A stretch of DNA of 64,000 bases from Verrucomicrobiales bacterium. Lineage in GTDB: Bacteria > Verrucomicrobiota > Verrucomicrobiia > Limisphaerales > UBA1100. The number at the start of each line of letters is the position of its first letter. The first letter of the stretch is position 1. Shown here piece after piece: positions 46,685-56,750 of the stretch. Where the stretch lies: the NCBI GenBank assembly GCA_038139415.1, contig JAYOSV010000003.1, forward strand, positions 98,778 to 162,777, written 5' to 3'. Made by a program: the position numbers and the translations under genes. The notes under the pieces are model-generated. The model saw only the letters and a list, made by a program, of their open reading frames with translations, had not been told where the DNA came from and made no database searches.

Positions 46685-48718
46685 ATGAGATTGACGGCAA
46701 TATTGGGTGCGCTGGGGCTCGCGGGAGGGCTTTGGGCGGCTGAGAAAATCGATCTCGCTAAGGGGCGGGAGCATTGGGCGTTTCAGCCAGTGCAACGCGC
46801 GGCGTTGCCGGCGGTACAATCCAAGGATTGGCCGCAGAACAGTATTGATCATTTCATCCTCGCGCGACTTGAGCAGGCGGGGCTTCAGCCGGCTCCGGCG
46901 GCATCGCCACGGGATTTGCAGCGGCGGCTGTATTATGCGCTGACGGGGTTACCACCGCAGGCGGGCTCGAAATTGGCCAACCCCCAATCGGAGATCCACA
47001 CGCTGATAGCCACGCCGCAGTATGGCGAGCGATGGGCACGGCATTGGCTGGATGTGGTGCGGTACGCGGACAGCAATGGGCTGGACGAAAATGCCGCGCA
47101 CGCCAATGCCTGGCGGTATCGCGATTATGTGGTGAACGCTTTCAACGCCGACAAACCGTACGATCAGTTTCTCATCGAACAAATCGCCGGCGACCGCCTT
47201 GAGACGAACGATGCGGCGCGTCGGCGCGAGTTGTTTATTGCCACCGGATTTCTGTCGCTGGGGCCGAAGGTGTTGGCCGAGCCGGACAAGGTGAAGATGG
47301 AGATGGACATCATCGACGAGCAGATCGACACGCTTGGTAAGGCGCTGCTCGGACTCACGCTCGGTTGCGCGCGGTGTCATGATCACAAGTTTGATCCCAT
47401 CCCCACCGCGGATTACTACGCGCTCGCTGGCATTTTCAAGAGCACGAAGACGATGGAGAGCATGAAGACCATCGCCAAGTGGCACGAGAATCCCGTTGCC
47501 ACGCCGGCTGAGAAGCAGTTGCGCGAGAAACACGCCGCGTCAATCGCCGCGCAGAAAAAAGGGGTGGCGGCTTTCACAGAAAAGGCCAATGCGCAGCTGT
47601 TGGTTTTGTTGAAGACCGACAAGCTACCGGCCAAGCCGGAGACGCAATACCCGAAGGCGACCCAGGAGGAGCTTGGCAAAATCCGGGCGGCCTTGAAGCA
47701 GCTGGAGGATAATCCGCCGCCCACAGTTTCGGCGATGGGCGTGACCGATGGCAACGCCACCGAGCTGCCGATTTTTGTGCGAGGTAACCACAACACGCCG
47801 GCGAAAACCAAGCAGCCGCGGCGCTTTCCGCAGGTGTTGTCCGATGGCAAACCGCTCGCCGGCGAGGCCAGCGGGCGGCTGGCCTTGGCGCGCTGGATTG
47901 CCGATGAAAAGAACCCGCTCACCGCGCGGGTGATGGTGAACCGCGTGTGGCGCTGGCATTTCGGGCGCGGGTTGGTGGCTACGACGGACAACTTCGGCCT
48001 GCTCGGGGACAAGCCGTCGCATCCCGAGCTGCTCGACTGGTTGGCGGCGTGGTTCATGGACAACGGTTGGTCGGTCAAAAAACTCAACACGCTCATCCTC
48101 AGCAGTGCTACTTATCAAATGAGCACCACGGCTTCGCCCTCAGCCTTGAAGGCGGACGCGAATAACGTGCTCCTATCTCGCGCACCGCTGCGCCGGTTGG
48201 AGGCTGAGCCGCTGCGCGATTCGTTGCTCGCGCTGGGCGGGTTGCTCGATAAACAGGTGGGCGGCTTTGTTTGGACGTTTGAGAACTACAAGCTCGTCTT
48301 CAATCACACCTCCGAGGACGCCACCACCTATGAGAGCAACCGCCGTGCGCTGTACCTGCCGGTGATCCGCAATCACGTGTACGATCTGTTTGAGCTGTTT
48401 GATTTTCCTGATCCCGGCACGGTCAACGGCAATCGCGCCGATTCCACGATCGCGCCACAGGCGTTATATCTGATGAATAGCCCGCTCGTCCTGCGCGCTA
48501 CCGAATCCATGGCCGAGGCGTTACTGAAGGAGGGGGATCTTACCAACGCGCAGCGCGTGCAGCGGCTTTATGCGCAGGTGTTCAATCGCCCGCCCACGGT
48601 CAAGGAAACGCAACGCGCTGTGGTGTTCATCAACAATTTCGCCCAGGACCGCCTCGCCAGCTGGCAGGCATTGAGTCAGGCGTTGGTATCGTCCAATGAA
48701 TTCCTATATTTGAAATGA
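46685..48718 (+). CDS. DUF1549/DUF1553 protein, short form lacking the N-terminal PSCyt1 domain
   Basis: HWAFQP; YGERWARHWLDVVRYADSNG; CARCHDHKFDP; NPLTARVMVNRVW; PSHPELLDWLA; SNEF. Confidence 0.9.
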   Translation: MRLTAILGALGLAGGLWAAEKIDLAKGREHWAFQPVQRAALPAVQSKDWPQNSIDHFILARLEQAGLQPAPAASPRDLQRRLYYALTGLPPQAGSKLANPQSEIHTLIATPQYGERWARHWLDVVRYADSNGLDENAAHANAWRYRDYVVNAFNADKPYDQFLIEQIAGDRLETNDAARRRELFIATGFLSLGPKVLAEPDKVKMEMDIIDEQIDTLGKALLGLTLGCARCHDHKFDPIPTADYYALAGIFKSTKTMESMKTIAKWHENPVATPAEKQLREKHAASIAAQKKGVAAFTEKANAQLLVLLKTDKLPAKPETQYPKATQEELGKIRAALKQLEDNPPPTVSAMGVTDGNATELPIFVRGNHNTPAKTKQPRRFPQVLSDGKPLAGEASGRLALARWIADEKNPLTARVMVNRVWRWHFGRGLVATTDNFGLLGDKPSHPELLDWLAAWFMDNGWSVKKLNTLILSSATYQMSTTASPSALKADANNVLLSRAPLRRLEAEPLRDSLLALGGLLDKQVGGFVWTFENYKLVFNHTSEDATTYESNRRALYLPVIRNHVYDLFELFDFPDPGTVNGNRADSTIAPQALYLMNSPLVLRATESMAEALLKEGDLTNAQRVQRLYAQVFNRPPTVKETQRAVVFINNFAQDRLASWQALSQALVSSNEFLYLK

Positions 48719-50094
48719 CCTCCCGCCGCGACATGTTGCAGCAATCCGCCCTCGGCTTTGGGTCGTTGGCGTTGACGTCGTTGTTGCAGGCGGAAAATCC
48801 ACTTGCGGCTAAGCGACCGCATTTTCGGCCGCGAGCCAAGCGCGTGATTTTCCTGTTCATGAAAGGCGGCCCGTCACAGGTAGACACCTTCGAGCACAAG
48901 CCTCTGCTCCAGCGCGATCACGGCAAGCCGCTGCCGTTTGACAAGCCGAAGGTTACCTTCGCCAAGACCGGCAACCTTCTGGCCTCGCCTTGGAAATTCA
49001 AGCCGTACGGCCAGTGCGGCCACATGGTCAGCGAACTTTTTCCGCATGTGGCGCGGCATGTGGATGACATCTGTTTTATCCACGGCGCACACGGCACAAA
49101 TCCCGCCCATGGTGGCGCGTTGCTGAAGCTTCATACCGGTGCGGATAATTTTGTGCGGCCGAGCATGGGCGCGTGGGTTGGTTACGGGCTCGGCACAGAA
49201 AACGAAAACCTGCCTTCCTACGTGACCATTTGCCCGACCCTCGCGCATGGCGGCTTGAACAATTGGGGTAGCGCGTTTCTGCCCGCGCACTTCGGCGGCA
49301 CACCCATCGGCAATGCCAGCCTCAAGGCCAAGGACGCCAAGGTGCATCATATCCGCAATCCAAAGTGGACACCCGGCCAGCAGCGTGCGCAATTAGATTT
49401 TCTCAAGCAACTCAACGAGGATCATCTTTCCGCCACGCCCGATCCCGTGCTCGAGAGCCGCATCAATTCCTATGAGCTTGCATTCCGCATGCAGACCTCG
49501 ATGCCGGAGATTCAGGATACACGCGGCGAAACCGAGGCCACGCGCAAACTGTATGGGCTGGATAATCCCATTACCGAAGATTTCGGCCGGCAATGCCTAA
49601 TGGCCCGGCGCTTTGCTGAACGCGGTGTGCGCTTTGTACAGGTGTCACACAGCGACAGCAAGGTCCAGTGGGATCAACACGGTAACCTCAAGAAAGGCCA
49701 CACCGAAAAAGCCTCCGAGGTCGATAAACCTATCGCCGGTCTGCTGCACGACCTCAAGTCGCGTGGGTTGCTCGAAGACACGCTAGTGCTTTGGAGCGGC
49801 GAATTCGGTCGCACGCCCACCGTGCAGGGATCGGGTATGGACGGCCGTGACCATAACCCGTGGGGCTTCACAATGTGGATGGCCGGCGCCGGGGTGAAAG
49901 GTGGTTTCGCGCATGGCGCCACCGACGACTACGGCTTCTACGCCGAGCGCGACAAAATGCACATCCATGATGTACACGCCACACTGTTGCACTTACTCGG
50001 GATCGATCACGAAAAACTAACTTACCGCAATAGCGGTCGTGATTTTCGCCTAACGGATGTTTTCGGCCATGTAGCTCACGAAATTTTTGTATGA
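48715..50094 (+). CDS. DUF1501 domain protein (Tat-exported)
   Basis: ATGA coupling; TSRRDML; GGPSQVDTF; WDQH; GEFGRTP; GRDHNP. Confidence 0.93.
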   Translation: MTSRRDMLQQSALGFGSLALTSLLQAENPLAAKRPHFRPRAKRVIFLFMKGGPSQVDTFEHKPLLQRDHGKPLPFDKPKVTFAKTGNLLASPWKFKPYGQCGHMVSELFPHVARHVDDICFIHGAHGTNPAHGGALLKLHTGADNFVRPSMGAWVGYGLGTENENLPSYVTICPTLAHGGLNNWGSAFLPAHFGGTPIGNASLKAKDAKVHHIRNPKWTPGQQRAQLDFLKQLNEDHLSATPDPVLESRINSYELAFRMQTSMPEIQDTRGETEATRKLYGLDNPITEDFGRQCLMARRFAERGVRFVQVSHSDSKVQWDQHGNLKKGHTEKASEVDKPIAGLLHDLKSRGLLEDTLVLWSGEFGRTPTVQGSGMDGRDHNPWGFTMWMAGAGVKGGFAHGATDDYGFYAERDKMHIHDVHATLLHLLGIDHEKLTYRNSGRDFRLTDVFGHVAHEIFV

Positions 50095-51188
50095 AAAAAA
50101 TCCTATTCCTTTTTGTGGTCCCAGTGCTCTTTGCGGCTTCACCACAGTATCAATCAGGGGGAATTGTTGTGCCGGCGGCCAGTGCGCAAGAAACGGTGCT
50201 CAAACAGTTCTCGCTGGAAAAAGCAGATCAATATCTCGAACAGGGTGCAGCAGCATGGACACGTAAACGGGGATGTGTCACCTGCCATACCACCGGTACG
50301 TACATGCAGATTCGCCCGGAGTTGACTTCGATCCTTGGTAAACCTTCCCAAGAGATTTATGAGTTACTGACTGGTGAGCTTACGGGATTAAGGAAACAGA
50401 AAGTTGCTGATTTGAATAAGGGTACCAAGCCTGCTCAAGTGATTTATATCGCTGCCGGTTTGGCTGAATGGGATCTGCATGTGACCAAAAAACTTTCAGC
50501 AGAAACAAAAGCTGCGCTTAAATTGATGTTTGGTATCCAGCAAAAATCTGGAACTTGGGGTTCATTAGACTGCTGGCCGCCTCTGGAATCGAGTGCTTTT
50601 CAGGAGGCGACTGTGGCAGCCATGGCAGTGGCCACTGCCCCAGGATGGCGGTCCGGCTTGAAGGATGAAGAAACCAAAGCGAGCGTGGCTGCCTTACAAA
50701 AATACCTGCGCGAAACCGTACCGCCCAATGACTACGGCAGCGTGGTGTTGCTTTGGGCGTCCACGCGCATGAAAGATTTATTGTCTGCCCAAAGGCGGTC
50801 TGAGTTGGTCGAGTTATTATTGCAACATCAACGTAAGGACGGAGGCTGGTCGCTTCGCACGTTTTCCGCACCTGAGAAATGGGGGCGGGGTAATCGTGCT
50901 GCCAAACTACGGGCTGAACCGGAATTCAAAAACCCGCCCAGCGATGGTCACATGACCGGTTTGGCCGTTTTGGTGCTACGCGAAGCCGGTGTTCCGGCCA
51001 ACGATCCCCGCCTGCAAAAAGGTGTCCAATGGCTCCTCACAAACCAACGCGAGAGTGGCCGTTGGTGGACCCGCTCCCTGAACACCGACAAGGCTCACTA
51101 CATCACCTACAGTGGTACAGCCTATCCGCTGTTGGCGTTGATGAAGTGTGGGGTGTTGCCAAAAAATCTGGCCAAGATGGAGCCCTAA
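50091..51188 (+). CDS. Secreted prenyltransferase/squalene-cyclase-repeat (QW) alpha-barrel protein with a CxxCH motif
   Basis: ATGA coupling; signal peptide; CVTCH; QW-like repeats QQKSGTW, QRKDGGW, QRESGRW; no DxDD motif seen. Confidence 0.75.
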   Translation: MKKILFLFVVPVLFAASPQYQSGGIVVPAASAQETVLKQFSLEKADQYLEQGAAAWTRKRGCVTCHTTGTYMQIRPELTSILGKPSQEIYELLTGELTGLRKQKVADLNKGTKPAQVIYIAAGLAEWDLHVTKKLSAETKAALKLMFGIQQKSGTWGSLDCWPPLESSAFQEATVAAMAVATAPGWRSGLKDEETKASVAALQKYLRETVPPNDYGSVVLLWASTRMKDLLSAQRRSELVELLLQHQRKDGGWSLRTFSAPEKWGRGNRAAKLRAEPEFKNPPSDGHMTGLAVLVLREAGVPANDPRLQKGVQWLLTNQRESGRWWTRSLNTDKAHYITYSGTAYPLLALMKCGVLPKNLAKMEP

Positions 51189-51444
51189 TTACTGGCATGG
51201 CCGCGAGAGGTTTTCGTCCAGAGCAATACTGGTCCCTTGTTCCGAATCCCGATTGTGCTCACGGATTGCTTGAACTGTGGTCTGAGAAAAATCGGGGGCT
51301 ACGGCTTGTGCCGTCTCGGGCAGGGGGTGAGGAATAGTGTTTAGACGTATGCGGCCTAACAGGATTGAGTCTCGTTAGCGATTGTCGTGTGTTTTTTTAA
51401 AGCGCGGCATTTTCAGTTGGCGGCGTTTCTGCTAGACTAACTCA

Positions 51445-51966
51445 ATGCTGATTGGACAAAAAGTTAACGATGCACTAAACGAACAGATTGGTTACGAGTT
51501 TTCTGCCTCGCTGCAGTACGTGGCGATCGCCGCTTATTTTGAGACGGAAGGGCTCACCGAATTGGCAGACTTGTTTCACCAACAATCTACGGAGGAACGC
51601 GATCACGCGATGCGGTTTGTGAAATACGTGACCGATGCGGGTGGGGCGTTGAAGATCCCGCGAATCCCGGCTCCGCGTGCGGAGTTTAGCGATGCCTGCG
51701 ATGCAATTGGTTTGTCGCTGGAATCGGAGCAGCGCGTCACTCAGCAGATTAATAGTCTGGTGAACCTCGCTATTTCCGAGGGGGATCACATCACCCAGAA
51801 CATGCTGAACTGGTTTGTGGCCGAGCAGCTGGAGGAGGTTTCAAGCATGGAAACGCTGCTTACGGTGGCCAAGCGTGCGGGGGATAATCTTCTGTATGTG
51901 GAGGAATATGTGGCCCGCCACAAGCAATCCTTGCTGGGTAAGAGCGGCGGCGGGGGAGCGAATTAG
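51445..51966 (+). CDS. Non-heme ferritin
   Basis: LNEQIGYEFSASLQY; EERDHAMRF; EQRVT; WFVAEQLEE ferroxidase residues. Confidence 0.92.
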   Translation: MLIGQKVNDALNEQIGYEFSASLQYVAIAAYFETEGLTELADLFHQQSTEERDHAMRFVKYVTDAGGALKIPRIPAPRAEFSDACDAIGLSLESEQRVTQQINSLVNLAISEGDHITQNMLNWFVAEQLEEVSSMETLLTVAKRAGDNLLYVEEYVARHKQSLLGKSGGGGAN

Positions 51967-52001
51967 CTTGAGCGAACGTCCGCTCTGCTGAAGATGGGCC
52001 C

Positions 52002-52598
52002 GTGGGGATTTCCGCCCGCCAATTCGAGGAGATGCAGCAGCGTGTGCAGGGCCGTGGACCGGCTAGCGCACCGGAAAAGAACGCCGAAACGCCTTCTCAC
52101 ACAATTCTTCTGGGAGTTGATCCCTCATTGCGCGGCACCGGTTATGGCGTGGTGAAGCTGGGCGGCGAAGTGCCGACCACTCTGGATCAGGGCACGATCA
52201 AATGTCCCGCCAAATGGAGTCGCAGCGAATGTCTGGTGGCTATTAGCCGCACCTTGCGGGAGACAATCGACCAGCATGCGCCGACGGTGTGCGCGGTTGA
52301 AGGGTTGTTTTTCGCGCAGAACGTAAAGACCGCGCTGATCATGGGTGAGGCTCGCGGCGCGGCCATGGCGGCGGTGGCCGAGAGTGGCTTGGAGATTTTC
52401 GAAATTGCCCCGCGTAAAGTGAAGCAATCGATCGTCGGCTACGGCAACGCCCAGAAACTGGCCGTGGCCAAAATGGTACAGCGGATGCTCGCGCTGGAGG
52501 AACTGCCCGCGCCGGATGCCGCTGACGCGCTGGCTCTGGCCCTGACTTATGCGCATTTGAATAAACGTTTTGCCATCGACCCTACCCAAAAAATATAA
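52002..52598 (+). CDS. ruvC: Holliday junction endodeoxyribonuclease RuvC
   Basis: LGVDPSLRGTGYGV; AVEGLFF; MGEARGA; VGYGNAQK; PDAADALA. Confidence 0.93.
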   Translation: MGISARQFEEMQQRVQGRGPASAPEKNAETPSHTILLGVDPSLRGTGYGVVKLGGEVPTTLDQGTIKCPAKWSRSECLVAISRTLRETIDQHAPTVCAVEGLFFAQNVKTALIMGEARGAAMAAVAESGLEIFEIAPRKVKQSIVGYGNAQKLAVAKMVQRMLALEELPAPDAADALALALTYAHLNKRFAIDPTQKI

Positions 52599-52607
52599 CG
52601 CCCGCGC

Positions 52608-53210
52608 ATGATTGCTTTTCTCCGAGGTCAACTCGCCGACGCCCTGCCTACGCAGGTGGTCCTTGATGTGAACGGTGTGGGCTATGAGGTGCTCATCCCG
52701 CTTTCATCTTTCGATCAACTCCCGGCACCCGGCGGCCAGGTAACGCTGCTCACGCATTTGGCCATCCGCGATGATGCGCATGTGTTGTATGGGTTCAGCA
52801 CCGAGACGGAGCGCGATTTGTTTCGTCAACTCATCCGTCACGTGAGCGGCATCGGCCCGAAGATCGCCCTCAATGTTTTGAGCGGCACCACGCCAGCCTC
52901 CTTCCGCGCGGCGGTGGCTAATGGCGATGTTAAAGCGCTCTCGGGCATTAACGGTGTGGGCAAAAAGACTGCCGAACGCATCGTGGTGGAGTTGAAAGAT
53001 AAGCTGGGCGATGCAGTGGCCCTTGAGCCGGGTGCCCAGCCGGTCGTGGGTTCCGAGGATCAAAAAGCCGCCGATGCAATTGCTGCGTTGGAAGCGCTGG
53101 GTAGCAAACCCAAGGATGCGCAGGACGCCATCCGGGCCGCGATCGCCATGCTGGGGTCGGACAAGCCGGTGGATGAACTCGTGCGGGCGGCGTTGCAGAA
53201 AGGCAAATGA
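52608..53210 (+). CDS. ruvA: Holliday junction DNA helicase subunit RuvA
   Basis: MIAFLRG; DVNGVGYEV; LYGF; VSGIGPKIAL; GVGKKTAERIVVELKDK. Confidence 0.96.
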   Translation: MIAFLRGQLADALPTQVVLDVNGVGYEVLIPLSSFDQLPAPGGQVTLLTHLAIRDDAHVLYGFSTETERDLFRQLIRHVSGIGPKIALNVLSGTTPASFRAAVANGDVKALSGINGVGKKTAERIVVELKDKLGDAVALEPGAQPVVGSEDQKAADAIAALEALGSKPKDAQDAIRAAIAMLGSDKPVDELVRAALQKGK

Positions 53211-53896
53211 GTCCGTCCTCGTCAAACCCCGGCGTGGTCGTCCCGCAATCGCTTCGCTGGCACGGTGAACTGGCGGCGGCGGCAGGATACGCCTTCCTCC
53301 GTACATTATCGGCCAGCCTACGCCTGCGTTGGGAGGATCCGGAGGATCATTTGTCCACGATCGGCCAATCGCCGGTTATCTTTGCGTTGTGGCACAACCG
53401 CTTGATTCTGTCGCTGCCGAGCTACCGGAAATATTTCCTCGCCCGCCATCCGCACCGGCGCTTGGTGGCACTGATCAGCGCCAGTAAAGACGGCGCGTTG
53501 TTGTCGCGATTGATGACGCATCATGGCGTGGAGTCGGTGCGGGGATCCAGCAGCCGCCGTGGCGGTCAGGCCCTCAAGGAACTGATCAGCCTTATACGGC
53601 GCGGATACGACGTGGCCATCACGCCCGACGGCCCGCGCGGCCCCAAGTACGAAGTTCAGGATGGTGTAGTGATGATGGCGCAGCTCACTGGCTTGCCGGT
53701 TGTTCCGATGTCCGCGCAAATTCATTCCAAGAAAGTTTTGGGCAGTTGGGATGGGTTTCAAGTGCCGCTGCCTTTCGCCCGGTGCGACATCCGGATGGGA
53801 GAACCGGTCTGGGTGGATCGCAAGGGCGACGACGTGGTCCGGGAAGCTGCGCGTCGGCAGATTCAGGAGCGCATGATGGCGCTGACCACCGATTAA
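53207..53896 (+). CDS. DUF374 / lysophospholipid acyltransferase family protein
   Basis: ALWHNR; ISASKDG; VRGSSSRRG; ITPDGPRGP; SWDGFQVPLPF. Confidence 0.88.
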   Translation: MSPSSSNPGVVVPQSLRWHGELAAAAGYAFLRTLSASLRLRWEDPEDHLSTIGQSPVIFALWHNRLILSLPSYRKYFLARHPHRRLVALISASKDGALLSRLMTHHGVESVRGSSSRRGGQALKELISLIRRGYDVAITPDGPRGPKYEVQDGVVMMAQLTGLPVVPMSAQIHSKKVLGSWDGFQVPLPFARCDIRMGEPVWVDRKGDDVVREAARRQIQERMMALTTD

Positions 53897-54453
53897 GGGG
53901 TACGTTTTCCGAACGACCGATATTTTTCCCGACGCGCTTTTATGGCCGTCACGTAATCCTTGGTGGACGGAAACCCAATCGCTTCGATGAACGCAGTGCC
54001 GTTGGTGTCCGCTTCGGCCTTTTTCCACTTCAACACATTCGAGCGGCCTGCATTGTACTCGGCCAAGCCGTAGGCCACCGGATCATCCGTATCCTGATAG
54101 CGCCCCATGGCGCGTTTGAGATACCACGTGCCGGCAAGCACATTGCTTTTTGCGCTGACCAGATGGCTGTGGTGAAACGCTACGATGCCTTCCGCGGCAG
54201 CCCATTCACCGGCCGCGGCGTCGCGGATCTGCATCAGGCCCAGCTCGCCGGCGGCACCGCGGGCATCGGGATTAAATCGGCTTTCACGCCAAATCACCGC
54301 CTTGATCAGCGCGGGATCCATATCGTAAATGGATGCGGCGGCAATGATCACCTTGTCCTGACTATGATCGAGCTGATAGGCCCGCCACCAGCACCAGCCG
54401 CCGACATTGATGGCGGCAAACACAGCGGCAATGAGCGCGTACTTCAGCTTCAC
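53893..54453 (-). CDS. Lytic transglycosylase (SLT domain)
   Basis: N-terminal TM; AVIWRESRF; GLMQI; AEYNAG; TKDYV. Confidence 0.88.
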   Translation of the reverse strand: MKLKYALIAAVFAAINVGGWCWWRAYQLDHSQDKVIIAAASIYDMDPALIKAVIWRESRFNPDARGAAGELGLMQIRDAAAGEWAAAEGIVAFHHSHLVSAKSNVLAGTWYLKRAMGRYQDTDDPVAYGLAEYNAGRSNVLKWKKAEADTNGTAFIEAIGFPSTKDYVTAIKARREKYRSFGKRTP

Positions 54454-54542
54454 CAGCCCGTTTTAAGCGAAGCGTTGTGGGACGTCGAGGTCTGTTAATT
54501 CATTAATCTTTCACGGCTCGCACGGGGCCGCGAGGGTGAGGC

Positions 54543-56750
54543 GTGGTCGCGCGTGTGACACTGGAGATTGCCCTGCGCAGGGAGTTTGACTACCTCATCC
54601 CGCCGGAACTGGAAGGCCGGGTGGAGGTGGGCACACGCGTGAAGGTGCCCTTCGGTCGACGGCAGGTGCTCGGGTGTGTGACGGGATTGGCGGAGCAATC
54701 CGACCATGAGACCCTAAAGCCGATCGCCAAAATCATCGGGGCGCAATCGCTGGTGACCCCCCAGGTGCTGGAATTGGCCCGATGGATTGCCGAATATTAT
54801 TGCTGCGCGCCGGAGACCGCACTGAAAAGTGTGCTGCCCGATGCCGTGCGCAAGGAACAGGAAGGTTGGCGCGAGCGCTTGCATGTGCGGTTGTTGCCCG
54901 GCGGAGAAGGCACGGAGGCGCTGACCAAACGACAACTGGAAGTCTATCAGGTGATTGAGGAGAACCGGTCCTTGGCAATGCAGGAGCTGCTCAAGCTCAC
55001 CGGCACCACTGCCCAGACCGTTCGCAAACTGGAGGACAAAGGCCTCGTGGAAATCGCCCCGCAGATTTCCGAACGCGATCCCTACGCCAACGAGGAAATC
55101 GTCCCCACCCAACCACTGACCCTGAACACCGAACAGGCGACGGCGTTGGAAGTGATTAATGGCAAGCCCGGTGATTTTTTCCTGCTACACGGCGTGACGG
55201 GGAGTGGGAAGACAGAGGTGTATCTGCAGGCGATTGCGCATGCGTTGGAGCAGGGGAAAGGGGCGATTGTGTTGGTGCCGGAAATTGCGCTCACACCGCA
55301 GACGGTTGAGCGTTTCAAGGCGCGTTTTAGCTCAGGGCCGCTCAAGACACTGGTGGCTGTGTTGCACAGTCATCTTTCCGCCGGGGAACGCCATGATGAA
55401 TGGCACAAGATTCGGCAGGGGCGTGCGAAAATTGTGATCGGGGCGCGCTCGGCGATTTTTGCACCGGTGGAACCGCTCGGATTAATCATCGTGGATGAGG
55501 AACACGAGCCCTCCTACAAACAAGAGGAGTCGCCGCGGTATCATGCGCGCGATGTGGCTGTGGTGCGCGGCAAGCGCGAGGGGGCCACTGTGGTGCTCGG
55601 CTCCGCCACGCCGTCCATGGAGAGCTATCACAATGCCAAACGCGGCCGTTATCAGCTGCTGGAGATGCCGTCCCGCGCCGACCACAAGCAGATGCCGCTG
55701 GTGCGCGTGCAGGATATGCGTACGGAAAAATCTAAGGGCGATCAGGGGCCGCCCATCTTTTCGCAGCGCCTCAAGGAAGCGATTCGCAACCGGCTGGAGC
55801 AGGGCGAACAGACGATTTTGTTCCTGAACCGGCGCGGCTTTGCGACCTCGATGCAGTGTCCGGACTGCGGGTTTGTGGCGGAGTGCCCGAATTGCAGTCT
55901 GTCGCTGACGTACCACCGGCGTGAGCAATTCCTGCGGTGCCATGTTTGCGGGCATGCCGAGTCGGCTCCGCGGCGTTGTCCGAGCGAAGGCTGCGGTTCG
56001 GCAAAGATTCGCTTTCACGGCCTGGGCACCGAGAAGGTGGAGGATGTGCTACGTAAACTGTTTCCGGATGCCAACGTCACTCGCATGGATTCGGACGCGC
56101 TTAAGCGCAAGGAGGATTACCGCCGCATCCTCGGCGATTTTCGGCGCGGCAAAATCGACATTCTCGTCGGCACCCAAATGATCGCCAAAGGCCTGCACTT
56201 TCCGCGCGTCACGTTGGTGGGCATTGTCTATGCCGATACCGGATTACATTTAGCGGATTTCCGCGCAGGCGAGCGCACATTCCAACTGCTCACCCAAGTG
56301 GCGGGCCGCGCCGGTCGCGGCGAGGTGGAAGGCGAGGTGGTGGTGCAGACCTTTTCGCCAGTGCATCCGGCTATCCAGTTTTCGAGACGACATGATTACG
56401 AGGGTTACTTCGAGGCGGAGATGGAATTTCGCGAACAGCTGCGTTACCCGCCCTTCACGCGCGCGGCTATGCTGACCCTGCGCGGGCGTAATGAGGAGAA
56501 AGTATCTTTCTCGGCCGATCACGTAAAAAAACAAATCGAGCCGCTGACCGAATCCATGGACGACCTTCAAATTTCCGGGCCGGCGCCGGCGCCGTTGTTG
56601 CGGGCGGAGACCTTTTATCGTTACCAACTCATGCTGCGCACCGGCCGCATGAGCGAACTTAGCCGGCATCTCGCCGCCATCACCGCCGGCCTGAGTTTTC
56701 CGGATGACGTGACCTTGACCGTGGACATCGACCCCGTAAGCCTCCTCTGA
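54543..56750 (+). CDS. priA: Primosomal protein N' (replication restart helicase PriA)
   Basis: VPFG; GVTGSGKTEVY; DEEH; GSATPS; LNRRG; Cys cluster; GTQMIAKG; QVAGRAGR; VDIDP. Confidence 0.96.
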   Translation: MVARVTLEIALRREFDYLIPPELEGRVEVGTRVKVPFGRRQVLGCVTGLAEQSDHETLKPIAKIIGAQSLVTPQVLELARWIAEYYCCAPETALKSVLPDAVRKEQEGWRERLHVRLLPGGEGTEALTKRQLEVYQVIEENRSLAMQELLKLTGTTAQTVRKLEDKGLVEIAPQISERDPYANEEIVPTQPLTLNTEQATALEVINGKPGDFFLLHGVTGSGKTEVYLQAIAHALEQGKGAIVLVPEIALTPQTVERFKARFSSGPLKTLVAVLHSHLSAGERHDEWHKIRQGRAKIVIGARSAIFAPVEPLGLIIVDEEHEPSYKQEESPRYHARDVAVVRGKREGATVVLGSATPSMESYHNAKRGRYQLLEMPSRADHKQMPLVRVQDMRTEKSKGDQGPPIFSQRLKEAIRNRLEQGEQTILFLNRRGFATSMQCPDCGFVAECPNCSLSLTYHRREQFLRCHVCGHAESAPRRCPSEGCGSAKIRFHGLGTEKVEDVLRKLFPDANVTRMDSDALKRKEDYRRILGDFRRGKIDILVGTQMIAKGLHFPRVTLVGIVYADTGLHLADFRAGERTFQLLTQVAGRAGRGEVEGEVVVQTFSPVHPAIQFSRRHDYEGYFEAEMEFREQLRYPPFTRAAMLTLRGRNEEKVSFSADHVKKQIEPLTESMDDLQISGPAPAPLLRAETFYRYQLMLRTGRMSELSRHLAAITAGLSFPDDVTLTVDIDPVSLL

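Noticed and set aside
50091..51188. True squalene-hopene cyclase
   Set aside because: Only 365 aa, has a signal peptide and no DxDD protonation motif; only the QW-repeat barrel is shared.
51198..51337. Small ORF MAARGFRPEQYW... between the barrel gene and ferritin
   Set aside because: No RBS, promoter or recognisable motif; cannot be supported.
55850..56000. PriA fourth Cys pair written CPSEGC (Cx4C)
   Set aside because: All eight cysteines are present; a two-residue loop insertion is unlikely to matter.
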